From: Deltaproteobacteria bacterium | GTDB taxonomy: Bacteria > Desulfobacterota > Desulfobulbia > Desulfobulbales > VMSU01 | DNA length: 48,932 nt | Assembly: GCA_024274995.1 (NCBI GenBank) | Contig: JAJSAA010000179.1 | Location: forward strand, 1-48,932 | Direction of reading: 5' to 3' | In this document: piece after piece, positions 39,271 through 48,352 of the stretch | Layout of the letters: each line of letters starts with the position of its first letter | How positions within the stretch are numbered: position 1 is the first letter of the stretch | Program-made: the position numbers and the translations under genes | The notes under the pieces: generated by a model | What the model saw: only the letters and a program-made list of their open reading frames with translations | Told to the model about the DNA's origin: nothing | The model's database searches: none

Positions 39271-40962
39271 ATGAAAAAAAGAAGAAAATCTGCTTCCATT
39301 ACTTCAGTGCGGGTATTGACTGCCCGAGCGGCAGGGCATCTTAAGGCTGGACGTCTGGAGCAGGCCGCCCGGTGCTATGAAAAATTATTACAGAAAACCC
39401 CCAATGACTTGACGCTCTGTAATCAATTAGGGATTATTTACGATGGACTGCATGAATGGGAGCAGGCCGCCCTATGGTATCAAAAGGCCGTCGAACAGCA
39501 ACCGGGAATGGCCGCGGCCCATTATAATCTGGCCAATGTTCTGCATCAACAGGGCAAAGACAACGATGCCATAAAGGCTTACCAGCGGACGCTGGCCATA
39601 GATAAGTATAATCTGGCGGCCTGGAACAATATGGCTGCCATCCTTTACGATCAGGGACGTATGGCCGAAACGCTGACTTGCTTCAGGGAGGCCATGGTGG
39701 TGTTTCCGGAAAGTTCAGCTCTGCACAGCGCCTGTCTCGCGGCCCTTAATTACATACCGGGGATAAGCCGGGTAGAGGAGGCCCAGGCGGCAAAGGAATG
39801 GTGGCTGAGACATGGCAGGGAGCAGCGCCGCCGGTATATTTTCGCCAATTCACCCGCTGCGGAACGTATCCTGCGGGTGGGAATAGTGTCTCCTGATCTT
39901 CGGGATCATTCGGTTAGTTCTTTTCTGCTCCCCCTGCTTCGTAAGCATGATCCAGGGCAGATAACTATTTTTTGTTACGCTAATGTCAGTCGTCCTGATT
40001 CTGTTACTGCTGAGCTCAAATCGTTAAGCCCTTATTGGCGGGATATAAGCACATTTGACACCGGCCATGCAGTTCGGGCCATAATGAATGACCGCATAGA
40101 TATTCTCGTTGATCTAACCGGTCATATGACGGGCGGACGTTTGGATATATTTGCCTGCCAGGCCGCGCCGCTGCAAATGAGCTGGCTGGGCTATCCCAAT
40201 ACCACCGGTCTGCCCACCATTCACTATCGTCTTACCGATTATGAGACAGACCCGCCCGCCGACAGTGAGCCCTTTTACAGCGAGACCCTGCTCCGCCTGC
40301 CCGTCTTTCTTTGCTATGAGCCGCCGGTTTTAGACATATACCCGGCTGAGCCGCCCTGCCTGCGGCATAAATATATAACCTTCGGCTCCTTAAACAATCC
40401 AGCCAAGATTTCGCCGCCGTTGCTGGAGCTCTGGGCCGCTGTCCTGAAACAAACTCCGGACTCCCGATTGTTACTGAAAGGGTTGAGTTTTGACCATCAA
40501 GAAGCCAGGGAGCGTATGCGAGGGCTCTTTGCCCGGCACGATATCCAGGCAGACCGTCTTCTGTTTCGGGGGTATACGCCGAGCCGCTCCGAGCATCTCC
40601 TGGTATATAATCAAGTAGATATTGCTTTGGATACTATTCCATACAATGGGACAACCACAACCTTTGAGGCCCTGTGGATGGGGGTTCCGGTTATTACCAT
40701 GCGCGGCGATCGCCACGCCGCCCGAGTGGGGGAAAGTATCATGGGCCGAGTTGCCGGGCCGGAATTTTGCGCCGCCCATCGTGAAGAATATATCTCTCTG
40801 TCTTTTAATCTGGCTCAAGACAAAAAACGTCTGCAAAGACTGCGGAAAGAGCTTCGTTCTCAACTTTTAAGCTCCGATCTCTGCCAGGGCGCTTCTTTTT
40901 GCCGCCAGTTTGAGAATATCTGCCGTCAGGTTTGGCAGCAATGGTGCGCCAAAACCGCTTAG
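39271..40962 (+). CDS. TPR-containing GT41 glycosyltransferase (OGT/SPINDLY-like)
   Basis: N-terminal TPRs; RVGIVSPDLRDHSV, DLTGH, WLGYPNTTG, FGSLNNPAKI, DIALDTIPYNGTTTTFEALWMGVPV; no signal peptide; start set at MKKRR. Confidence 0.93.
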   Translation: MKKRRKSASITSVRVLTARAAGHLKAGRLEQAARCYEKLLQKTPNDLTLCNQLGIIYDGLHEWEQAALWYQKAVEQQPGMAAAHYNLANVLHQQGKDNDAIKAYQRTLAIDKYNLAAWNNMAAILYDQGRMAETLTCFREAMVVFPESSALHSACLAALNYIPGISRVEEAQAAKEWWLRHGREQRRRYIFANSPAAERILRVGIVSPDLRDHSVSSFLLPLLRKHDPGQITIFCYANVSRPDSVTAELKSLSPYWRDISTFDTGHAVRAIMNDRIDILVDLTGHMTGGRLDIFACQAAPLQMSWLGYPNTTGLPTIHYRLTDYETDPPADSEPFYSETLLRLPVFLCYEPPVLDIYPAEPPCLRHKYITFGSLNNPAKISPPLLELWAAVLKQTPDSRLLLKGLSFDHQEARERMRGLFARHDIQADRLLFRGYTPSRSEHLLVYNQVDIALDTIPYNGTTTTFEALWMGVPVITMRGDRHAARVGESIMGRVAGPEFCAAHREEYISLSFNLAQDKKRLQRLRKELRSQLLSSDLCQGASFCRQFENICRQVWQQWCAKTA

Positions 40963-41075
40963 TTTGCCTCAATATGGGGCTTTTCGCCCAAGGTGGGGGA
41001 AAATAACTCCAGATAACAGGGCTTTTGGCCTTATACGGGGAACCCGTATTCTGCACTTTAGAGAATGGCCGGACT

Positions 41076-41092
41076 TGTGACACAGCGTAACA
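41076..41092. promoter_or_regulatory. Candidate upstream activator site
   Basis: Near-palindrome TGTGAC-N5-GTAACA about 65-80 bp upstream of the -24 element. Confidence 0.35.
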
Positions 41093-41152
41093 TATTGTTC
41101 TTGTGATGGAAAAGCATGCTCTATGTATTAAAAAAATGCCAAAAAGGTTTGT

Positions 41153-41170
41153 TTGGCATGCCAGGTGCAT
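41153..41170 (+). promoter_or_regulatory. Sigma-54 (-24/-12) promoter of the OmcE-like gene
   Basis: TTGGCATGCCAGGTGCAT: GG(41155-56)-N10-GC(41167-68). Confidence 0.8.
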
Positions 41171-41245
41171 TAAAAAAGGTTGCAAGGCGATTAGGTTTGA
41201 TTTATTTAAACATGATTATCAATCATTTTTTACAAGGAGAAAAAA

Positions 41246-42049
41246 ATGAAAAAAACATTATTTATCGGATTGGCCCTGGGGCTTGGTGTTTTTGCTCTGT
41301 CGCTGTCGAATGGTACTACTGCTATGGCTAATCTTACCGGTGGCCAGGGTATTGTTGGTTCTGCCCACGATTTGAGTGCTGCAGGCTATGGCGATGCTCA
41401 GAGCCGGATCTGTGTGTTTTGTCATCATCCTCATAATGCTCATAAAACAGATGCGAATCTGACTTATAGCCCGTTGTGGAACCATGATGTAACGGCTAAT
41501 GCTGGTAATTTTACAACGTATAATAACGGCAATGGCCCCACCTCCGGCCGTAACGCCCTGAATGCTACCATTGGTCAGCCCGGCGGTGTTTCTCTGCTCT
41601 GCCTGTCCTGTCATGACGGTTCTGTTGCTCTGAACGCTTACTCTAATACACAACTGGCTGGCGGTAGTCCTTCTGGCGCTGGTGATCAGTTTATTAACAG
41701 CGGTACCCTTCACCCTGGTGCCAATGCCTATACTATTGGCGCCGGCGGTGATTTGAGCAATCATCATCCCATCGGTTTCAATTATTATGATGCCATGAAT
41801 GCTGATCCTGAAATTGCCAATGTCACGAAGCAGATGACCTCCAGCACCAAGATTAAAGATTTACTGTATGGCGGCACTCAGTTTGAGTGTGTATCCTGCC
41901 ATGACGTTCATAACACCCAGAATGCGGCTGGTGCTGAGCGCTTCCTGTGGAAGTCCAATGATCATTCTAACTTCTGCCTGACTTGTCATGAAAAAGGAAC
42001 CACCCACACCAATCCTAATTGGGGAGTAGCTACTGCTACCGCACCCTGA
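41246..42049 (+). CDS. OmcE-like tetraheme cytochrome c (candidate nanowire subunit)
   Basis: Signal peptide; HDLS, ICVFCHHPHNA, PLWN, CLSCHDG, DLSNHHP, ECVSCHDVH, FL...FCLTCHEK follow the motif order I recall for Geobacter OmcE; AAGGAG SD. Confidence 0.88.
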   Translation: MKKTLFIGLALGLGVFALSLSNGTTAMANLTGGQGIVGSAHDLSAAGYGDAQSRICVFCHHPHNAHKTDANLTYSPLWNHDVTANAGNFTTYNNGNGPTSGRNALNATIGQPGGVSLLCLSCHDGSVALNAYSNTQLAGGSPSGAGDQFINSGTLHPGANAYTIGAGGDLSNHHPIGFNYYDAMNADPEIANVTKQMTSSTKIKDLLYGGTQFECVSCHDVHNTQNAAGAERFLWKSNDHSNFCLTCHEKGTTHTNPNWGVATATAP

Positions 42050-42079
42050 TTTAATTCAGGTACAGTTGAAATATCGGCA

Positions 42080-42130
42080 AAGGGGGGCGGCGGGATTCGG
42101 AAGGAGTCCCGCCGCCCCCTTGTTTGTTTT
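42080..42130 (+). terminator. Strong intrinsic terminator after the OmcE-like gene
   Basis: GGGGGCGGCGGGATTC...GAGTCCCGCCGCCCCC followed by TTGTTTGTTTT. Confidence 0.9.
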
Positions 42131-42143
42131 GACCTCTGTCTAA

Positions 42144-43133
42144 CTAACGTAATACGCCATTTTTATATTCAACAAAATGTTCCTGGCCATTGGTAAATAT
42201 ATAAACCCCGCGGCCATCTCTCTTGCCATTTTTGTAGGTTCCCACATATTTAATACCGCTGGGGAAGATATATGTGCCTAAGCCATGGCGTTTGCCATTC
42301 TTGTAGTCACCACTATAAACAGAGCCGTCGGCGGTCGTAAAAATCCCCTGACCGTCTTTACGGCAATTATGGAAACCGCCATGATAGCGGCCGCCATCGG
42401 ATAAAACCAACGTCCCTACCCCGTTTACACAATTACCACTCAGGCATTTGCCGCGAATACCATTGGGGAAGGTTAAGACCCCGTTTTTAACGTAAACTCC
42501 ATCCTTGTATATGCCGCGAAAGCGGCTGCCAAAGGGAAAAATCGCAATTATTTCGCCATTAAAGAGGCCATCTTTAAAGCTTCCCCGATAGCTTGTCCCA
42601 TCTGCCTGTATAATGGTTCCCCGGCCGGACAACTTATTGTTGAGAAATGTGCCTCTTAACTCGTCGCCAGCTGCTGTTTTCAGGATGCCCGAACCATTTA
42701 AACGCCCGTTACGGAAGGTGCCGGTCAGTCGCCGGCCGTCATCCATGGTTAACGCTCCGACTCTGCCATCAAGACAGTTGGTGTTGATTTCGCATTTGCC
42801 GCCGCCTTCACCCTTTATCAGTACCCGGCCGCCGCCATTATAATGATTATCGACAAAATTCCCCTGAAAACGGCTGCCATCGGCCAGGGTCAAGACCCCC
42901 GCGCCATTAAAACGACCGTTAATAAACATGCCGTTATAACGACCGCCATTATTGAGGGCAAATACTCCCCTGCCCTTCTGGCAGTCAGCCTTGACACAAT
43001 GACCGGCCATATTGGTTACGGGCGGTAGTTCAGGTCTGATTTGCACACTATGGCTACAACCATAAAACATCAGGGGCAGCAGAACCCAGGTGATGATCAT
43101 GGCTGGTGTTTTTAGAGCTTTCGCAGGGAGCAT
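42144..43133 (-). CDS. MORN-repeat lipoprotein
   Basis: Repeated Y.G.F/Y..G...G.G motifs; lipobox-like FYGC; exact start uncertain. Confidence 0.85.
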   Translation of the reverse strand: MLPAKALKTPAMIITWVLLPLMFYGCSHSVQIRPELPPVTNMAGHCVKADCQKGRGVFALNNGGRYNGMFINGRFNGAGVLTLADGSRFQGNFVDNHYNGGGRVLIKGEGGGKCEINTNCLDGRVGALTMDDGRRLTGTFRNGRLNGSGILKTAAGDELRGTFLNNKLSGRGTIIQADGTSYRGSFKDGLFNGEIIAIFPFGSRFRGIYKDGVYVKNGVLTFPNGIRGKCLSGNCVNGVGTLVLSDGGRYHGGFHNCRKDGQGIFTTADGSVYSGDYKNGKRHGLGTYIFPSGIKYVGTYKNGKRDGRGVYIFTNGQEHFVEYKNGVLR

Positions 43134-43153
43134 TTGACCTTAATGATTAATGA

Positions 43154-43181
43154 TTGACAAAAAACAAGTAACGCCTAAAAT
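43154..43181 (+). promoter_or_regulatory. Sigma-70-like promoter
   Basis: TTGACA-16 bp-TAAAAT upstream of the dodecaheme gene. Confidence 0.5.
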
Positions 43182-43251
43182 AGGGGGAGTAAAGGTCGGT
43201 TGGTTTAGTCCTTACCTGAATAGTTACAAAGAAATAACTTTAAAACAATTT

Positions 43252-44130
43252 ATGCCTCCTGACAATTTATTATTTAGCCGTAACTCGTGGCGATTGCTGC
43301 TTGGCCTCATATTTGTTATTGCCGTTTTCCCCCATTATGCCTGGGGTAGTGGTAAAATTACCCAGGGCCTAACCCTTGCCGACTGCCCCAAATGCCATGC
43401 CGCCATCGTGGCCGCCAATAAACGCGATGGCCGGGCTCATCTCCATAAGGTTACCTGTTTGAACTGCCACGTGGGGCATCCGCCCCGTAAGTGGGGGATA
43501 ATTCCCCATTGCAGCCGTTGTCACAAGAAAGGGACTCAAGAGCATTTTGGCCTCAAAAATTGCCTAAGCTGTCACACCAATCCCCATACTCCATTGCGGA
43601 TTACCCTGCCTGAACATGCCACAAAACCTTGTCTTACCTGTCATAAGACGCAGATTAAACAGTTGAAAAAATACCCCAGTATGCATTCGACATTTTATTG
43701 CACCTCCTGCCACCCCCGGCACGGCTATAAACCCACCTGTTTCGCCTGTCACGCCGGTCATCTGCCCTATATGACCATGGCTGACTGCCGTGGCTGCCAT
43801 AAGGCTCATATGCCTCTGCATGTAACCTATGGCGATAAAGTTCCCTCGGAGTATTGCGGGGCCTGCCACAAGAAAGAATACCGGCTTCTTGCCGCGAGCC
43901 ACGCCAAACATCGCCGTCTAACCTGCGTCACATGTCACAGCCGGGTGCATAAGACCATACCGAAATGCGCCAAATGCCATAATCCTCCGCCCCATGATCC
44001 GGGGCTCTTGAAACACTTTAAGTCCTGTCTCATCTGTCATGTCAACCCTCATGATTTGCAGTTGAACCAGATAGATATTGATATTCAGCAGGAAAAGGCC
44101 GATGGCCAAAAAAATAAAGCGCGCCCGTAA
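43252..44130 (+). CDS. Periplasmic dodecaheme cytochrome c
   Basis: 12 CxxCH motifs; signal-peptide-like WRLLLGLIFVIAVFPHYAWG; start set at MPPDN. Confidence 0.92.
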   Translation: MPPDNLLFSRNSWRLLLGLIFVIAVFPHYAWGSGKITQGLTLADCPKCHAAIVAANKRDGRAHLHKVTCLNCHVGHPPRKWGIIPHCSRCHKKGTQEHFGLKNCLSCHTNPHTPLRITLPEHATKPCLTCHKTQIKQLKKYPSMHSTFYCTSCHPRHGYKPTCFACHAGHLPYMTMADCRGCHKAHMPLHVTYGDKVPSEYCGACHKKEYRLLAASHAKHRRLTCVTCHSRVHKTIPKCAKCHNPPPHDPGLLKHFKSCLICHVNPHDLQLNQIDIDIQQEKADGQKNKARP

Positions 44131-46240
44131 ATCATTGTTTAAATCTCGGTCAGGCACCTCTGACCTCCTGCCTCAGGCCTTGGCTCTGCACCAGGCTGGA
44201 GACCTAAATTCGGCGGCTGGTTTTTATAAGCAGATTTTAATGCAGGAACCAAAGAATGGTGATGCCTTAAACCTGGCCGGGGCGCTGGCTCTTCAGCAGG
44301 GTAATCCTGCTCAGGCCTTGAAATATTTACGGCGGGCGGTAAAATTATACCCTGAACGTCATGACTATCAAGTCAATATGGCCGCCGCTCTTCGCGACCT
44401 GGGGGAATTATCCTCCGCCTCTCTTGTTCTAAAAAAGGTAACGCACCAGGCTCCCCAGCACCATGAGGCCCTCCACAACCTGGCTACCCTCCTTGCCGAT
44501 CTAAGAAATTATCAGCAGTCGGCTGAATATTACCGGCGGTTTATTGCCTTGTGTCCACGAAATTTTGAGGCCTTAAGCGGGCTCATTGATGTTCTGCGCC
44601 GTGGTGATCAATTAGTTGAGGCCCTTGATTTGTGTGAGCGGCTGCTCGCTTTATCATCTGATTCTGCTCCGGCTCATATTCTTAAGGCTGATATTCTTAT
44701 CGGTATGGGGCAGCACGAGGAGGCGCTGGCGGTTTTTAAGGGGGCCATTGAGCAGGAGCCTGATAAGGGTATTCTGTATAATAATATGGCCAATATTCTG
44801 CTCAATATGGGTCGTTTACATGAGGCTCTGAGCTTATATGAACAGGCGGTGGTCAAGGCTCCAGAGATTAATGAAGCCTGGATAAATCTGGCCTGGACAT
44901 ATCGTGAGCATGGTCAGCTTTCAGACTCCTGGCGCTGTTTCAAACATCTGCTGGCCGCCCAGAAATTGTCGGCGGCTGATTACAGCGATTTGCTGTTCTC
45001 TCTTAACTATGACCCGGAGATACCACCGCATAAAAAATTTGAGCTGGCTCTGGGCTGGTGGAATAATTGCTCTCTGCCGCTGCCACCCCGACCGTTGCCG
45101 GTTGCCCCGCCGGCCGCCGGCCGCCCTTTGCGTCTTGGTTTCATGTCCCCTGATTTTTATAAACATCCGGTGGGTCAGTTTATTTTGCCCCTCCTGGAAA
45201 TTCTGAATCCTGACAAAATAGAAACTTTTTGCTATTCCAGCCTAAATAAACCGGCCGACGAACAGACGGCAAAGCTGCATGAAGCTGCCCGGCATTGGCG
45301 TGATATTTATGCTATGCCTGATGAGCAGGCCGCCTCCATTATCCAGCGGGATCGCCTCCACCTTCTCATTGAACTAACCGGTCATGCTAATGGAAACCGG
45401 TTGCTGGTTATGGCTCGGCGGCCGGCCCCGGTACAGGCTTCATGGTTGGGATATGTGGCCACCAGCGGGCTGCCCATGATTGATTATCGCCTTACTGATA
45501 CCATCTGCGATCCGCCGGAGGCGGATCAGTTTTACAGTGAGAACCTCTATCGTCTGCCCCATACCTTTTTCTGCTACAGCCCGCCCGTCGAGGCCCCGCC
45601 CCTGGTTCAGCCGCCGATTATGAAGAATAAGGGGCCGACCTTTGCCTCCTTTAATAATCTCCCCAAAATTACCCCGGCAGTAGTGGCCCTCTGGGCTCAA
45701 ATCCTGAACCGGCTACCGGCAGCACGTTTACTGATGGTAAGCCGCCAATTTGTGGATACAGCCATTATCAAACATTATCAGGAGCTGTTTCTGGCCCATA
45801 ATATTGCGGAGGAACGCCTGATATTTCAGGCAGGACTGCCTTTTAAAGAGTACCTCGCCCTCTTCAACGAGGTGGATATCGCCTTGGATCCATTCCCCCA
45901 CAACGGCCACACCATTACCTGCGATACCTTATGGATGGGGGTGCCGGTTGTCACTCTAACCGGCGAGTGCTACGCTGGACGCATGGGATGCAGTATTATG
46001 AATCATATCGGTCTAAGTAATATGGCTGCTGCCAATGAGGACGAATATGTGGAAAAAGCAGTCCAGCTTGGCCGGGACAAAGATGGCCTGGCCGGTTTGC
46101 GGGCTGGAATGCGTCAACGTTTGCTCTCTTCTCCAATTTGCAACATTGAACAATTCGGGTGTGACTTTACAGAAGCCGTCTGCAATATGGTTCATCAGCA
46201 TAAGGCTCTGCCCAGCTATTCTGGGACAACGAAGCAATAA
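44102..46240 (+). CDS. TPR-containing GT41 glycosyltransferase (OGT/SPINDLY-like), second paralogue
   Basis: Long TPR array; RLGFMSPDFYKHPV, ELTGH, WLGY, FASFNNLPKI, DIALDPFPHNGHTITCDTLWMGVPV; start set at MAKKI. Confidence 0.93.
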   Translation: MAKKIKRARKSLFKSRSGTSDLLPQALALHQAGDLNSAAGFYKQILMQEPKNGDALNLAGALALQQGNPAQALKYLRRAVKLYPERHDYQVNMAAALRDLGELSSASLVLKKVTHQAPQHHEALHNLATLLADLRNYQQSAEYYRRFIALCPRNFEALSGLIDVLRRGDQLVEALDLCERLLALSSDSAPAHILKADILIGMGQHEEALAVFKGAIEQEPDKGILYNNMANILLNMGRLHEALSLYEQAVVKAPEINEAWINLAWTYREHGQLSDSWRCFKHLLAAQKLSAADYSDLLFSLNYDPEIPPHKKFELALGWWNNCSLPLPPRPLPVAPPAAGRPLRLGFMSPDFYKHPVGQFILPLLEILNPDKIETFCYSSLNKPADEQTAKLHEAARHWRDIYAMPDEQAASIIQRDRLHLLIELTGHANGNRLLVMARRPAPVQASWLGYVATSGLPMIDYRLTDTICDPPEADQFYSENLYRLPHTFFCYSPPVEAPPLVQPPIMKNKGPTFASFNNLPKITPAVVALWAQILNRLPAARLLMVSRQFVDTAIIKHYQELFLAHNIAEERLIFQAGLPFKEYLALFNEVDIALDPFPHNGHTITCDTLWMGVPVVTLTGECYAGRMGCSIMNHIGLSNMAAANEDEYVEKAVQLGRDKDGLAGLRAGMRQRLLSSPICNIEQFGCDFTEAVCNMVHQHKALPSYSGTTKQ

Positions 46241-46462
46241 AGTGATAAGTAGGTGATTTTCATCGTTTCGTTATGTCCGGGCAATCGGGCATGGATGTTA
46301 CATTAAAACTATTCAGCTTATAAATTTGCATAGCTGGAAAAAATAAATTAATTAATTCAGTCAACTATTTTATTGTGTTATAATCGATAATTTATGATTT
46401 ATTAGGTATTTTAGAAATCAGCTGTGCTTGAAAGTCTACCACTGAATACTGCCTCTTTGAAA

Positions 46463-48352
46463 ATGATTAATCGTTTTATAACCATATTTATATTATTTTT
46501 CGTGTTACCGGGTCTTGTGCCCTGTCATCAGGCCCGGGCCGGGGAAGAACTGATTTATACCATCCAAGCCGCCTCCTTCAAAGGCCCTAAAGATGCTACC
46601 CGGCTCTATAAATGGCTTAAAGCAAAATTGCCCCCTGCCAACCGTAAGTATCTGCGGTTGGAACAGATTGATGCTTATTTTGCCATCCGGGCAGGGAAGA
46701 GCCGGGATGCCAAATCTCTAAAAACCACCCTGGCTCTGATAAAAAAGATGATTCCGGGCAGTCACATTATGCGGGCCTATTATCGGGAAGCAAGAATTAT
46801 AACCGGGGTCAAGAGCCAGGAACTGTCTGAGGCCAAAGGAGTTCATAAAAATTCGCAGATCATACCCATAGTAATTCAGACCGCCAAGCTCTCTCCGCCT
46901 CTGCCGCCGCCAAACAGCAAGAAATTTATCTCTGACATGCTGGCTGAATATCTGCCTTCCACCGAGACGACCAACACCATCAGCCGACAAGAGGCAAAGA
47001 CGCTCAATGCTCGAGCTGCCCCTTCGCCAGGCTGCCTAACCGCTAATTGTCATGCCCGGATAATCAAGGTCAAAAGGCCGCATCTCCCTGCCCTGCAGGC
47101 CAGATGCTCTGCCTGCCATAAGATGAAAAAAAACATTCATCATCCCAGTGGCGGCAAGAATGACTTTATGCCGTCAGGCTCAATTAAAAAGATGTGCGCC
47201 AAATGCCACCCTGAGACAAGCATGGGCAAGATAGTACATGCCCCATTTAAGGAAGGGAAATGTCTGATTTGTCACCTGCCGCATGGCAGCGATAATAAGT
47301 TTCTGCTGCCCACCCCGGACGACAACCAGAAAAAGCTTTGCCTGTCATGCCATAAACACGATAAAATAACCGGCTTTAAAAATATGCATGGTCCTGTTGG
47401 CCTTGGAGCCTGTACCTTTTGCCACTCTCCGCACTCCTCTAATCAGCCAAAGCTTTTACGGAAGCCAGGCAAAGAGTTATGCCTTGACTGCCATCAGAAT
47501 ATAAAAAAAGATCTGGCCGTCATGCCGAACATCCATACCCCGGTCAAAGAGCAAAATTGTTTGATTTGCCACATGCCGCACGGCTCAACCTCACCTGGCT
47601 TATTGCGCCAAAAGGGCGAGAAACTCTGCTTTACCTGCCATGAAGATATCCAGAATAAAATGAAACATTCCCGCACTAAGCATGGCGCTTTATACCTCGA
47701 CAAACAATGTGCTACCTGTCATTCCCCGCATTTTTCTAAGTTTAAAAATTTATTAATTAAACAGGAAGAGGCACTTTGTCTGAGCTGCCACCGGCGTGGA
47801 GCTAATATCCCCGGATTTCGGCCCCCGGATATTGCCAGCCAGTTGAAGGGGCAGGCATATCTGCACGGCCCCATCAGAAAAGGCAAATGCGCCAGCTGTC
47901 ATGATCCACACGGCTCTAATAATAAAAAGCTACTCGTTGCCCCAATGGTAACCAGCTTCTATGCCCCCTATAACCTCAAGGAGTATAGCCTTTGCTTTAA
48001 ATGTCATGACCGTAAATTGCTGACGGAAAAAGAGACCACTACTGCCACCAGATTCAGGAACGGTAACCGCAATCTGCACTATGTCCATGTACACAAGGAA
48101 TTTAAGGGCAGAACCTGTAAGACCTGTCACCAGACCCACGCCAGTAATGGGCCCATGCTGATAAGCAGCACGAGGGGGGCCAAATTTGGCAGCTGGCATA
48201 TATCAATTGCTTACACCATTACCAAGAGCGGTGGTTCATGTACTCCGAGCTGCCACCGCAAAATGACTTATGATCGTGCCAAAGCGCATGACAATAGTGC
48301 CAAAGCGGTAAAATACGGCAAGTATTATGTTGACTACAAAAGCAACAAATAA
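46463..48352 (+). CDS. Exported multiheme cytochrome c (13 CxxCH + Cx4CH + Cx3CH) with N-terminal SPOR-like domain
   Basis: Signal peptide; YTIQAASF...YFAIRAG SPOR-like segment; repeated H.P...G.C..CH.PH.S...LL....LC..CH doubled-heme units. Confidence 0.9.
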   Translation: MINRFITIFILFFVLPGLVPCHQARAGEELIYTIQAASFKGPKDATRLYKWLKAKLPPANRKYLRLEQIDAYFAIRAGKSRDAKSLKTTLALIKKMIPGSHIMRAYYREARIITGVKSQELSEAKGVHKNSQIIPIVIQTAKLSPPLPPPNSKKFISDMLAEYLPSTETTNTISRQEAKTLNARAAPSPGCLTANCHARIIKVKRPHLPALQARCSACHKMKKNIHHPSGGKNDFMPSGSIKKMCAKCHPETSMGKIVHAPFKEGKCLICHLPHGSDNKFLLPTPDDNQKKLCLSCHKHDKITGFKNMHGPVGLGACTFCHSPHSSNQPKLLRKPGKELCLDCHQNIKKDLAVMPNIHTPVKEQNCLICHMPHGSTSPGLLRQKGEKLCFTCHEDIQNKMKHSRTKHGALYLDKQCATCHSPHFSKFKNLLIKQEEALCLSCHRRGANIPGFRPPDIASQLKGQAYLHGPIRKGKCASCHDPHGSNNKKLLVAPMVTSFYAPYNLKEYSLCFKCHDRKLLTEKETTTATRFRNGNRNLHYVHVHKEFKGRTCKTCHQTHASNGPMLISSTRGAKFGSWHISIAYTITKSGGSCTPSCHRKMTYDRAKAHDNSAKAVKYGKYYVDYKSNK

